From contig CAZYEX010000053.1 of the NCBI GenBank assembly GCA_964646605.1, forward strand, positions 14,929 through 78,928: a DNA stretch of 64,000 nucleotides, read 5' to 3'. Below, one piece after another: positions 25,810-34,720 of the stretch. The notes beneath the pieces are model-generated. The model was not told the DNA's origin, made no database searches, and saw only the letters and a list, made by a program, of their open reading frames with translations. Position numbers and translations under genes: made by a program. The number at the start of each line of letters is the position of its first letter. Position 1 is the stretch's first letter. The DNA is from an uncultured Phycisphaera sp. GTDB taxonomy: Bacteria; Planctomycetota; Phycisphaerae; UBA1845.

Positions 25810-28142
25810 ATGCTCATCCGCACCGGCTCGACGGCGTCGGGTCCCGGTTTTCGCGTCTTCTGATAGGCCACGCGACCGTGATAGATTCCGCACAGCGACT
25901 TCACCAACGACTCCTCGACCAGCCGGATTTCCCGCAGGGTAATGTCGCAGTCGTCGAATTGTCCGTCGGTCAGGCGGTCCATCACCATCTGGTGTACGGT
26001 GCTCTCGATGCGACCGACGGTCGCCTCGGGCAAAGCTCGCACCGCCCCCTCGACTCCGTCGCACATCATCAACACCGCGGATTCCTTGGAGCGCGGTTTG
26101 GGACCCGGATAGCGAAAATCGGATTCGGCGACTTCGCGGTCGTGTCGCCCGCTGGCCACCAAGGGTTGCTTGTCGCTGGCTACGCGGTGGAAGTAGCGGA
26201 CCACCGTCGTGCCGTGGTGCTCGGCGATGAACTGGTGGAGGACTCGCGGCAGTCGATATTGTCGGGCGAGTTCCAAACCGTCTTTAACGTGACCAAGGAT
26301 GATCAGCAAGCTCATGGTCGGAGCCAAGTTCTCGTGGCGGCTGATGCGTCCCTCCTGGTTCTCGGTGAAATAGGCCGGACGGTGGATCTTCCCGATGTCG
26401 TGGTACAAGGCCCCGACTTGGGCGAGGAGCCCGTTGGCGTCGATCCGTTCGCAGGCTGCCTCCGCCAGGGTTCCTAGCACGAGGCTGTGGTTGTAGGTTC
26501 CCGTCGCCTCGCGGGCCAGGAGTTGGAGCATCGGGCGCGTGGGATCACGCCATTCCAATAGCGTCAGCGACGTGGCCACGCGGAACAGCCGTTCGATGAA
26601 GGGCAGGGTGCCGGAAATCACGAACGCCGCCATCAAGGCAGAGGCGCCGGCCCATAGGGCGTGCTGCAGCAGGAACTTCGGTGTTTGCCCCTCGATCAAT
26701 CCCCCCCCCGCGGCAGCGAGCATCACCGCCAAACCCGTCACCAATCCGACCTGGATGAGCTTGGTGCGGGTGCGGATTTGATCTAGCTGATACACCGTGG
26801 TGGCCACGCCCAGCAGCAACATCAGCAGGAAGGGGAGGTGATTGCGCAGCGTCGTGGCAGTGAGCACGGCCAAGATGCACATGGCCCCGACCGCGAATCG
26901 CCGCGGATAGGCGATGCTCATGACGCTGGCCGCGATCATGCAGGGACCCAGCACCAGTTCGGGAATGTGGGGCCACTTGAGGTCCACCAGCCGCGCCGCC
27001 GCCAGCGTCGCCAACATCAGCAGGGCAAAGGACACGATCCGAACCTGGTGCTCGAACATCGTGGGTTGATACAAGCGGGTGTACACCAGCAGCCCCATCG
27101 ACAGGAGCACCACCAGCGTCACCAGCCCCGCGCGTTGCAACCATCGCGCCTGACGCAGGCCGGCGGACTGGGGCGATCCCAGTTCCAGAAACGCCAGGTA
27201 AGCGGCTTGGTGGGCTTCGAGGAGCGCGTAGCTTTCTTGCGACAACAAGCCCGGACGGATGTAGGGCTGGTCCTTTTCGTACTTGGTCCAGGCCGGCGGG
27301 GTCAGCTCCTCGGCCTTTTGCATGGCCTCGGCGGTGCGATCCTGAGCGTACACGATCGTCGGTTGCTCACGAAACACGGCCATGACCGCGGCCTCCGCCG
27401 TCGAGCGGAGTTCATAGGCCGGAATCTTCCGCGCCACGATCGAGGCGCTGCCCTGCAAGGCCTTGTCGTTCCCCTGTTGAACCAGCTCCGAATGGGGAAT
27501 GGATGCCACAGTTGTGTCACCGCTGTCCGACCGCGTCTCGAGAAGGATGAAGTCCCCGGCGCTGGGCGGATCGCGCGGCTCTTTGTACAACCCGCGCACC
27601 ACGAACTGGTTTTCCAGGGGCAGACGGTCGTTCCACTCTTCAAACTGTTTCCGCCCCGCATCCTCGGGCATGTCCACCAAGGTCCGCAGGCGCTCGTAGG
27701 CCGCACGATCCGCGGACCACTTGAGGTTGTCCATCGCCGTTGCGTAGTCCTCGAAGGCGTCGGCGTCGGCGGCCACCTGGTAGAGACGCTTCAGATCAGC
27801 GCGAATTCGACCGTAAGTCAACGCAGGGTCAGTCACCGCGTAGTAGCTGGGCGTCTTGGCCCGCGCCGCCTTGCGCTCCGTCTCCGTCTGCGTCGGATCG
27901 GGAACCTGGAATTGGACCTTCGCGTAGATCGGTTGTTCGATGCGCTGCCCGACGACGTAATCCAAACTCTGTTCGCCGACCAGGGCGATCCCCGCCGCCG
28001 AGGCCACAAAGAGCGCTCCCAGGAAGCTGGGCCAGGAGAAAACTCCCTGTAGAATCTGCAACCAGCCCGCTTGAGCCGCACGCGTGCGTTGCTCGCGCAG
28101 TTGCCGTGATCGAATGTCTCGTTTGAAGCCGAAGCCGAACAT
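25806..28142 (-). CDS. 7TM-HD (HDIG) phosphodiesterase, PgpH-like
   Basis: Extracellular domain plus multiple TMs, GTYNHS, LYHDIGK, HHGTT, YPGPKPRSKESAVLMMCD. Confidence 0.92.
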   Translation of the reverse strand: MFGFGFKRDIRSRQLREQRTRAAQAGWLQILQGVFSWPSFLGALFVASAAGIALVGEQSLDYVVGQRIEQPIYAKVQFQVPDPTQTETERKAARAKTPSYYAVTDPALTYGRIRADLKRLYQVAADADAFEDYATAMDNLKWSADRAAYERLRTLVDMPEDAGRKQFEEWNDRLPLENQFVVRGLYKEPRDPPSAGDFILLETRSDSGDTTVASIPHSELVQQGNDKALQGSASIVARKIPAYELRSTAEAAVMAVFREQPTIVYAQDRTAEAMQKAEELTPPAWTKYEKDQPYIRPGLLSQESYALLEAHQAAYLAFLELGSPQSAGLRQARWLQRAGLVTLVVLLSMGLLVYTRLYQPTMFEHQVRIVSFALLMLATLAAARLVDLKWPHIPELVLGPCMIAASVMSIAYPRRFAVGAMCILAVLTATTLRNHLPFLLMLLLGVATTVYQLDQIRTRTKLIQVGLVTGLAVMLAAAGGGLIEGQTPKFLLQHALWAGASALMAAFVISGTLPFIERLFRVATSLTLLEWRDPTRPMLQLLAREATGTYNHSLVLGTLAEAACERIDANGLLAQVGALYHDIGKIHRPAYFTENQEGRISRHENLAPTMSLLIILGHVKDGLELARQYRLPRVLHQFIAEHHGTTVVRYFHRVASDKQPLVASGRHDREVAESDFRYPGPKPRSKESAVLMMCDGVEGAVRALPEATVGRIESTVHQMVMDRLTDGQFDDCDITLREIRLVEESLVKSLCGIYHGRVAYQKTRKPGPDAVEPVRMSI

Positions 28143-28259
28143 AGGTCGTTGCCGATCCAGCGGGCAGGAGCGCAGGTTTACGCTTTCATCCTATCGGACC
28201 GAGTTCCGCGGGCATCTCCGTCCGGTCCAAACCGCTCGACGCGCGGGTTGGAAGGGAGA

Positions 28260-29207
28260 TTATTCTCGGACGCTGCGGTCATTTCTCCCATAGGCCTCGA
28301 CCACATGCTGAACCAATTGATGCCGGACAATGTCCACCTTGCCCAATCGCACCACGCCCACGCCGGGGACGGACTCCAACCGCCGAACCCCGTGGATCAA
28401 ACCGCTGACTTCGCTGTTGGGCAGATCGCTTTGACTGTCATCGCCTGTCACCACCATTTTGCTGTGATGACCCAAGCGGGTCAGGAACATCAACATCTGG
28501 GCCACGGTGGCGTTCTGCGCTTCGTCGAGGATGATCGCCGCGTGGTTGAGCGTCCGCCCGCGCATAAACGCCAGCGGAATCACCTCGATCACGTCGTTCT
28601 GCAAAAAGCGCCGAATCTGATCGTAGGGCATCATGTCGTGCATGGCGTCAAACAGCGGGCGCAGATACGGGTTGACCTTGGCCTGCAAATCGCCGGGAAG
28701 GAACCCGAGTTTCTCGCCGGCCTCGACCGCCGGACGGGCCAGTACGATCCGCTTGATCTTGTGCTGCTTGAGTAGGGAAATCGAGACCGCCACGGCCAGG
28801 AACGTCTTGCCGGTGCCCGCCGGTCCCAGACAAAACGTCAGATCGTGGTTGAGAATCGCCTCCACGTAGAGCCGCTGGCCCTCTCCCTTGGGAACGATCG
28901 TGGCGGCCGAGGAGAACACGTCGATCCCCCCGCGTCGATCCCCCCGCGCGTCGTCGTTGGCGTCGGAGATGGAGGCTTCCAGGAACTCGTTGGGCACGTC
29001 CGCGTTTTCGCGAAGGAAGCGCTGCAACTCCTCGATGACCAGGGTCGCCCGGCGGACACCCTCGGGCGAACCGCTGATGTGAACGATGCCGTCGCGGGCG
29101 CTCATGCGCACGTCGAACGCCGCCCGAATCATTCGCAGGTTTCGGTCCGCGGTCCCATAGAGCGCCGCGCGGCGCGAGGGGTCCTCGATAGGAATGCTCA
29201 GTTCCAA
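28260..29207 (-). CDS. phoH: PhoH family ATPase
   Basis: GPAGTGKT, RPAVEAGEKLGFLPGDL, PLAFMRGRTL, ILDEAQN, VVTGD. Confidence 0.95.
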   Translation of the reverse strand: MELSIPIEDPSRRAALYGTADRNLRMIRAAFDVRMSARDGIVHISGSPEGVRRATLVIEELQRFLRENADVPNEFLEASISDANDDARGDRRGGIDVFSSAATIVPKGEGQRLYVEAILNHDLTFCLGPAGTGKTFLAVAVSISLLKQHKIKRIVLARPAVEAGEKLGFLPGDLQAKVNPYLRPLFDAMHDMMPYDQIRRFLQNDVIEVIPLAFMRGRTLNHAAIILDEAQNATVAQMLMFLTRLGHHSKMVVTGDDSQSDLPNSEVSGLIHGVRRLESVPGVGVVRLGKVDIVRHQLVQHVVEAYGRNDRSVRE

Positions 29208-29310
29208 CTGTGCTTAGACTTCCACGGGCGGCCCCGCCCGTCTCCTCGAACGCATCCCGAAGCATCCCAGCTTCGGCCCCAGTCGTCGCCAGCCCCTTGT
29301 CAACCGACCC

Positions 29311-30312
29311 TCATACCACGTCCCACACAGCGCTCAGCAGGAACCACGCAACCGGCATGGCGAACATGGGGCTGTCAATCAGGTCCAATATACCACCATA
29401 CCGCGGAATCAAGTCACCGGAATCCTTAACGCCACTGTCCCGTTTCAAGCAAGACTCGAATAAATCTCCGATTTGGCCGGCCGCCGACATCGCCAAGCCG
29501 AAAAGCACCGCCCGCAGGAGCGGTGGGATGCCGTCCGGGGTGTGGTCGATCGAAAAGGATCGGGCCGAATCATGGACGATAGAGAGCAGAAAGTGATCGG
29601 GCGGACCGATCGTCCCGGCGATCGTCGGTGCGAGGGCGATGAAGGCGGCGGCGAGCGCACTGCCCACCAACCCGCCGACCGCGCCCTCGATCGACTTGGC
29701 CGGGCTGACGGAGGGGATCAGTTTGTGACGACCGATCGTACTCCCGACGAAATAGGCGCCGATGTCGGAAGCCTTGGTGACCAGCAATGTAGTCAGTAGC
29801 AACCACGCCCCCTCTTGCGCGGGGATGTCCCGCCCACATCGCAGCATCAATCCCAGCGAACCCAGGAACCCTAGATAAAACACGATCAGCAGAGTGGCGC
29901 CCGCGTTGTGGATTGAACCGCGCGGGTCGCGGCGCAGGACGATCAATAGCCCGGTCCCCAGGGGCGCCGCCATCAAGATCGAAAGCTGCCACATCCAGCC
30001 CTCCTGCGAAGCGACCTCCGACCCCAGCCAGCCTGCCGCCGACAACCAAGGGGCCAGGAGCAGCGCGAGAATCATGAGGTTGGCAAACCCGCTGTGCGGA
30101 CGGATGCCCTTGGCCCGCATGATGCGGCTGAGTTCGACGGAGGCGCGCAAAAGCACGACGACAAAGAGAAGTGGGATGAGGCTCCCTCGGCGGAGGAGGT
30201 CGCCGAAGGGCCCAGCGACGGCGACGGCCTCTCGGGCGATCACCACGTCCTGCACGAAAAGCAGAACCAGAACCGCAATGGCGAGGGCCCCGTATCCGAT
30301 GCGCTGGATCAT
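29311..30312 (-). CDS. cdsA: Phosphatidate cytidylyltransferase
   Basis: Multi-TM; SDIGAYFVG, SPAKSIEG, GDLFESCLKRDSGVKDSG, GGILDLIDS; ATG30312 preferred. Confidence 0.93.
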   Translation of the reverse strand: MIQRIGYGALAIAVLVLLFVQDVVIAREAVAVAGPFGDLLRRGSLIPLLFVVVLLRASVELSRIMRAKGIRPHSGFANLMILALLLAPWLSAAGWLGSEVASQEGWMWQLSILMAAPLGTGLLIVLRRDPRGSIHNAGATLLIVFYLGFLGSLGLMLRCGRDIPAQEGAWLLLTTLLVTKASDIGAYFVGSTIGRHKLIPSVSPAKSIEGAVGGLVGSALAAAFIALAPTIAGTIGPPDHFLLSIVHDSARSFSIDHTPDGIPPLLRAVLFGLAMSAAGQIGDLFESCLKRDSGVKDSGDLIPRYGGILDLIDSPMFAMPVAWFLLSAVWDVV

Positions 30313-30400
30313 GGGCCAGGGTTCTACGTTGCGTAGGACCGGGCTGCAACAAGGGCGGATCATCGAGGGGGCGGACCGACTCCCGGCGGGTGGGCGAGGG

Positions 30401-30484
30401 TCAGGGGGCGAATGGCGTGGTCTGCAAGGCCGCGAAGTCGAGAAAGTCCACGTCGCCGTCGGCGTTGAAGTCGAACGCAGGGCA
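30401..30484 (-). pseudogene. Orphan dockerin-like C-terminal remnant
   Basis: CPAFDFNADGDVDFLDFAALQTTPFAP* with no gene body upstream. Confidence 0.6.
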
Positions 30485-30486
30485 TA

Positions 30487-30514
30487 CAATTGCCAATTGC
30501 CAAGTTCCAATTGT
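30487..30514. repeat. Heptamer tandem repeat x4
   Basis: CAATTGC CAATTGC CAAGTTC CAATTGT. Confidence 0.65.
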
Positions 30515-30650
30515 CTTTTTTCGATCAGTGCCGCGACCGACGGCGCGACCGAACAGGGAGCGTCGTCCCCGGAGTTCCGCGGCAACGCGGAACGTAGGGC
30601 GAGGGAGCGGTGTTGGACGACCGATGGGACCGATTGCCGATCGGCGCTCA

Positions 30651-30672
30651 GAGCCGCGGGCGCGAGCCCGCG
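30651..30672. repeat. REP-like palindrome (family C)
   Basis: GAGCCGCGGGC-GCGA-GCCCGCG, related to 6022-6043. Confidence 0.55.
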
Positions 30673-30709
30673 GACCCTCAGACCCACCCGCGCCGGCGAC
30701 GAGTGTTGA

Positions 30710-32218
30710 TTACCGTACGCAAGTTGGCGTGGGCTTGCGGGCGCGGAAGAGTATCTTGGCTGCGATGAGCAGCGAGAGCGTGAGGATGGTGACGCCCCAC
30801 AGTGAAATCGTCGGAATCCGCGCCAGCCCTAGAGCACAGTCCGGAAAGCCGTCGCCGTCTTCGTCCATCCGGTCGTCGGCGCTCGGACATTGATCGTGAC
30901 AATCCGGAACGGTGTCGGCGTCGCTGTCGACGTCCGGCACTCCGCAGCCGCAGACGCCGGGAGCGATCTTCTCGGGGTCCTCCGGGCATTGGTCGCCGCA
31001 GGCGGCGTCGATTCCGTCGCCGTCCGCGTCCGCGTCGCAGAGCGCTTCCTGCGGGGTTCCGCCGTGGTCGGTGCAGCACAACGGCGAGAGGCTGGCGCAA
31101 GTGCCACCGGGAAGGCAGCAAGCCGACGGGGGCGGGCAGTCGGTCTGTTCGTGGAAGGTGCCCGCACAGTCAGGCTCGTAGGTCGTCGCGCACGTTCCGT
31201 CGGCAAGGCAGCAAGCGCCGCTCGCCAAAAGCGTGTATTCGACGACGTTGGGCGTCCCGCCGGTGGCGAAGGTGAAGCGCGTGGTGACGCCCACTTCGAG
31301 AGGCCGGTCGAGGACGATCTGGACGGTTTCGGGGGAACCGTTGTCGAGCCTTCGCGTCGCAATCACCGCCGGAGGCGGCGGAAGTTCAAAGTTCGAAGTT
31401 CGAAGTTCAAAAAACCCACCCTTCGTGGCTTCGTGCCTTAATGCCTCAGTGCCTACGGCTATTTCATCCACGTACACGTAGTTGGGCTGATCGAAGGTGA
31501 CGGTGAAGCGGTCCAGGCCGGAGTATTGTGCGGCGTCGAGGATTCCGGCGGGCGGGTCGGAGGCGACGATGGCCTCGCCTTCCGCGATCCGCCCGTAGCG
31601 AATGAAATCCCACTTGTTCACCGTTGGAGGCTTACTGCATCCACCCCCTCCGCCAGTCTGGAGGTAGGCTGGATTGCCGGTATGCAGGGTGTCATTGCAG
31701 GTAAAGACCGTGCCATCGACGGCGAAGCAATAATTCAAGCCGTCGAGCGTCTCAAGTCGGTAAATGTGGAAGGCGTTGGGCTGTAGCCCAGTTACCACGT
31801 CGTCGAAACTATTGGATGCGACTGCATCTCCGAATGCATAAATGACTTCGCCGATACGGTCGTAATAGACCGCAAATCGCCCATCGCTCGAGCATGCCCC
31901 GGGAAAATGGGTGGCCGACGAGAAGCTCCATTCGACCCAGAACGGTGGGGGGGGAGCGTCCTGCGGATCCTTGGCGATCCAAAGATGATAGTTAGCGTCG
32001 ATGTCGCCGCCCCCGGCGACCCAACGCAAGGTGAAAGCCCCATCTTCTACAGATTCCGAACAGGTCGAGGCACAGGCCTCGGCGATGATCCAGCCGGTTG
32101 ACGGATCGAGGAGTAGTACGTCGCCCTCGTAACGATAGAGGAGTTCATCGCCGAACATCGCGGGCGTGAAGCCCGCCACGACGAGAATGGTCAGATTGAG
32201 TCTGGCTAACCGGCGCAT
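30710..32218 (-). CDS. Secreted mosaic protein: beta-sandwich N-terminus, Cys-rich ACC repeats, thrombospondin type-3-like Ca-binding repeats, IPTL-CTERM
   Basis: Signal peptide; GACCLADGTC; DADGDGID..CDQCP..GVCGCGVPDVDSDAD; IPTISLWGVTILTLSLLIAAKILFRARK. Confidence 0.8.
   Translation of the reverse strand: MRRLARLNLTILVVAGFTPAMFGDELLYRYEGDVLLLDPSTGWIIAEACASTCSESVEDGAFTLRWVAGGGDIDANYHLWIAKDPQDAPPPPFWVEWSFSSATHFPGACSSDGRFAVYYDRIGEVIYAFGDAVASNSFDDVVTGLQPNAFHIYRLETLDGLNYCFAVDGTVFTCNDTLHTGNPAYLQTGGGGGCSKPPTVNKWDFIRYGRIAEGEAIVASDPPAGILDAAQYSGLDRFTVTFDQPNYVYVDEIAVGTEALRHEATKGGFFELRTSNFELPPPPAVIATRRLDNGSPETVQIVLDRPLEVGVTTRFTFATGGTPNVVEYTLLASGACCLADGTCATTYEPDCAGTFHEQTDCPPPSACCLPGGTCASLSPLCCTDHGGTPQEALCDADADGDGIDAACGDQCPEDPEKIAPGVCGCGVPDVDSDADTVPDCHDQCPSADDRMDEDGDGFPDCALGLARIPTISLWGVTILTLSLLIAAKILFRARKPTPTCVR
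31381..31452. repeat. 72-nt block of 7-mer and 8-mer tandem repeats in frame inside a CDS
   Basis: GAAGTTC AAAGTTC GAAGTTC GAAGTTC + 12 nt + CTTCGTGG CTTCGTGC CTTAATGC CTCAGTGC. Confidence 0.7.
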
Positions 32219-32320
32219 CCTTGTAACCTCCCTCGACGCTGGAGGCGCATTCTACCGGAACCGCAGGGCGGCGGGGCCCAAATTCTCGGGAGGTAGGAGG
32301 TAGGGGATGCGGTGATCGGT

Positions 32321-32344
32321 GGGTGGCCCGGGTCCTTTGGACCT
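32321..32344 (+). repeat. REP-like element (family B), GGGTGSCCC + hairpin
   Basis: GGGTGGCCC-GGGTCC-TTT-GGACCT. Confidence 0.65.
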
Positions 32345-32425
32345 TGGGACCGCGATCGATGGGTACGCTTTCTCCAGGGGCAACGATCGACGCCCAGCGT
32401 TAAGCCCTCGATCATCGCCTCCCCC

Positions 32426-32449
32426 ACCTCCCGAGGAGGTGGGGCACCC
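32426..32449 (-). repeat. REP-like element (family B)
   Basis: GGGTGCCCC-ACCTCC-TCG-GGAGGT on the minus strand. Confidence 0.6.
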
Positions 32450-32705
32450 TTCTAACCAGTCCCGTTCCCGGCTGTCACCCTAACGGCGGTGGGCGACCTT
32501 CGCGTACCCGAGGTCTATCCGACGATCGGAGGAGTGCGTTTTGCGGTAGTCTGTCTTGCGGCGTGGATACTCGGTACGAGGGTACTCCGAGTGAGCGCAG
32601 ATGAGAGGCAGCGGCTCGCTCACGCCGGGGACTCCTCTTAACGCCGTTTGCGCTTGTTTCGCTTTTCTGGGTCCGTATCGGCACTTCTTGGGAGGCAACC
32701 CCGGC

Positions 32706-34445
32706 ATGACCACGCTTACGACCGACGAACCGACTCCCCGGAAACCGCTTCGGGTGTGGCCCGGCGTGGGCGCCGTCGCGCTGCAATGGCTGCTCTGGTT
32801 CGTTGTCCCCATCTTCTTCCCCGAAACCGGACCCTACGGGATTTTTGCCGGACTGTGCGCCGGGCTGGCTGTCGTCCTGTGGTGGCTCTTCTTCAGCCAG
32901 GCGCTTTGGTCCGATCGCGTGGGGGCCATCGTCCTGATGGTGGTCGCGATCGTCGCGACCAAACGCGTCGTTCACCAGTCCATCGCGGGCGGGGGGATGG
33001 GGATGTTGCTTTACATCTACGCCGTCCCGGTCCTGAACCTCGCTCTCGTCGCCGCGGCGGCGGCCGGTCGTCGGCTGTCAAGCGGACCTCGGCGCGTGAC
33101 GATGATCGGCGCAGTCCTGCTCGCCTGCGGAATGTTCACGCTCGTGCGTACTGGCGGCATCACCGGCGAGGGTGATTCGGATATTCACTGGCGGTGGACC
33201 GCAACTCCGGAAGAACGACTGCTGGCCCAGGGCGGAAACGGGCCGGCGGCCCTCACGGTTCCCCAAGAAACGAAAACGGGCGCAAATTGGCCCGGCTTTC
33301 GCGGACCCCAGCGTGACGGCATCATTCGCGGCGCGCGGATCGAGACCGACTGGACGAAGTCGCCGCCGGTCGAGCTCTGGCGCCGGCCGATCGGACCGGC
33401 GTGGTCGTCGTTCGCGGTTCACGGCGACCTCTTCTACACCCAGGAACAGCGGGGCGAGGAGGAGTTGGTCTCGTGCTACAACCTGGCCACCGGCGAGCCG
33501 GTGTGGACACACCGCGACGCGACCCGGTTCTGGGAGTCGAATGCCGGAGCCGGTCCGCGCGCGACACCGACCCTCAGCGTCGGTCGCGTCTATACGTTTG
33601 GTGCGACTGGAATCGTAAACGCGCTCGATTCCCGTGACGGCGCCGTCGCGTGGTCGCGCAGTGCGGCGGCCGACACGGGCAAAAAGGTCCCGCACTGGGG
33701 TTTCGCGAGCTCCCCGCTGGTGATGAACGATCTCGTCATCGTTGCCGTCAGCGGCCAGCTCGTCGCCTACGACGTCTCCACTGGCCATCCGCGCTGGTTC
33801 GGTCCCACCGATAACGGCGGTGGCTACAGCTCGCCGCATCTAATGACGATCCACGAAGTCGCTCAGATCTTGCTGCTGAAGGGAGGCGGGGTGGTTGGTG
33901 TCTCGCCGGCCGACGGTACCCTGCTGTGGGAGCACTCGTGGGAACCGGGCGGCAGCATCGTTCAGCCCGCTCAAACTGCCGACGGTGACATCCTGATCAC
34001 CGCGGTCGATGAAATGGGCGGGATCGGCATGCGCCGCATCGCGGTCGCGCACGGACCCGCCGGATGGACCGTCGAAGAGCGCTGGACCTCGCGCGGGCTG
34101 AAACCGTACTTCAACGACTTCGTCGTTCACGAGGGCCATGCCTTAGGCTTCGATAACAGCATCCTCGCGTGCATCGATCTCAAGGACGGCACGCGCAAGT
34201 GGAAGGGTGGACGCTACGGTCACGGGCAACTTCTTTTGTTGCCGGACCAGGACGTGTTGCTGGTGCTGTCGGAGGAGGGTGAGTTGGCGCTGGTCGGGGC
34301 GACCCCCGACCAGTTCACGGAGCTTGCGCGGTTCCCGGCGATCGAGGGCAAGACCTGGAACCACCCGGTGCTGGTCGGCGACATCCTGCTGGTTCGCAAC
34401 GACGAGGAGGTGGCCGCGCTGCGGCTACCCCGGGCGGGGCGCTGA
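32706..34445 (+). CDS. Membrane-anchored PQQ-binding-like (BamB-like) beta-propeller protein
   Basis: About 5 N-terminal TMs, WPGFRGPQRDG, PRATPT, ASSPLV, GYSSP, WNHPVL. Confidence 0.88.
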   Translation: MTTLTTDEPTPRKPLRVWPGVGAVALQWLLWFVVPIFFPETGPYGIFAGLCAGLAVVLWWLFFSQALWSDRVGAIVLMVVAIVATKRVVHQSIAGGGMGMLLYIYAVPVLNLALVAAAAAGRRLSSGPRRVTMIGAVLLACGMFTLVRTGGITGEGDSDIHWRWTATPEERLLAQGGNGPAALTVPQETKTGANWPGFRGPQRDGIIRGARIETDWTKSPPVELWRRPIGPAWSSFAVHGDLFYTQEQRGEEELVSCYNLATGEPVWTHRDATRFWESNAGAGPRATPTLSVGRVYTFGATGIVNALDSRDGAVAWSRSAAADTGKKVPHWGFASSPLVMNDLVIVAVSGQLVAYDVSTGHPRWFGPTDNGGGYSSPHLMTIHEVAQILLLKGGGVVGVSPADGTLLWEHSWEPGGSIVQPAQTADGDILITAVDEMGGIGMRRIAVAHGPAGWTVEERWTSRGLKPYFNDFVVHEGHALGFDNSILACIDLKDGTRKWKGGRYGHGQLLLLPDQDVLLVLSEEGELALVGATPDQFTELARFPAIEGKTWNHPVLVGDILLVRNDEEVAALRLPRAGR

Positions 34446-34628
34446 CGCGCACCTTCGCAGCGGTCGGGCGCGCCGCCCCACAACGCGATGCACCTGACGA
34501 GGGGCGGTGGTGGTACGCAATGAGCATCCGACAAAACTGCTCTTTGACGGCGGGTGGCCCAACTCGTCGGGAGGCGGGGGCGGCGGTGATCGCGGGGATG
34601 ACGCTGGGTGTACATCATCGACTCTCAC

Positions 34629-34652
34629 AGGTCCAAAGGACCTGGGGCACCC
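34629..34652 (-). repeat. REP-like element (family B)
   Basis: GGGTGCCCC-AGGTCC-TTT-GGACCT on the minus strand. Confidence 0.65.
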
Positions 34653-34660
34653 GCCACTTG

Positions 34661-34706
34661 GCAAAGAGAATCTTTGCGTTCCCATGTAGGCAAAGAGAAT
34701 CTTTGC
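34661..34706. repeat. Two identical 17-bp hairpin palindromes GCAAAG-AGAAT-CTTTGC
   Basis: Copies at 34661-34677 and 34690-34706 between convergent genes. Confidence 0.7.
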
Positions 34707-34720
34707 CCTCCCCGGTCGGG

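Noticed and set aside
30313-30687. Long N-terminal extension of cdsA (also track starts 2144, 11340, 19233, 20857, 26064, 44126, 49410)
   Set aside because: The extensions run through repeats or neighbouring genes; downstream starts match family N-termini and signal peptides
30401-30712. Stop-codon read-through adding the dockerin remnant to gene 30710
   Set aside because: The stop is TAA after a complete IPTL-CTERM, and the 75 intervening codons are repeat-derived; the shared frame has a 1-in-3 chance
32321-34652. Composite transposon or MITE flanking the beta-propeller gene
   Set aside because: Inverted 24-27-bp repeats exist but no transposase or target-site duplication; a third copy shows they are dispersed REPs
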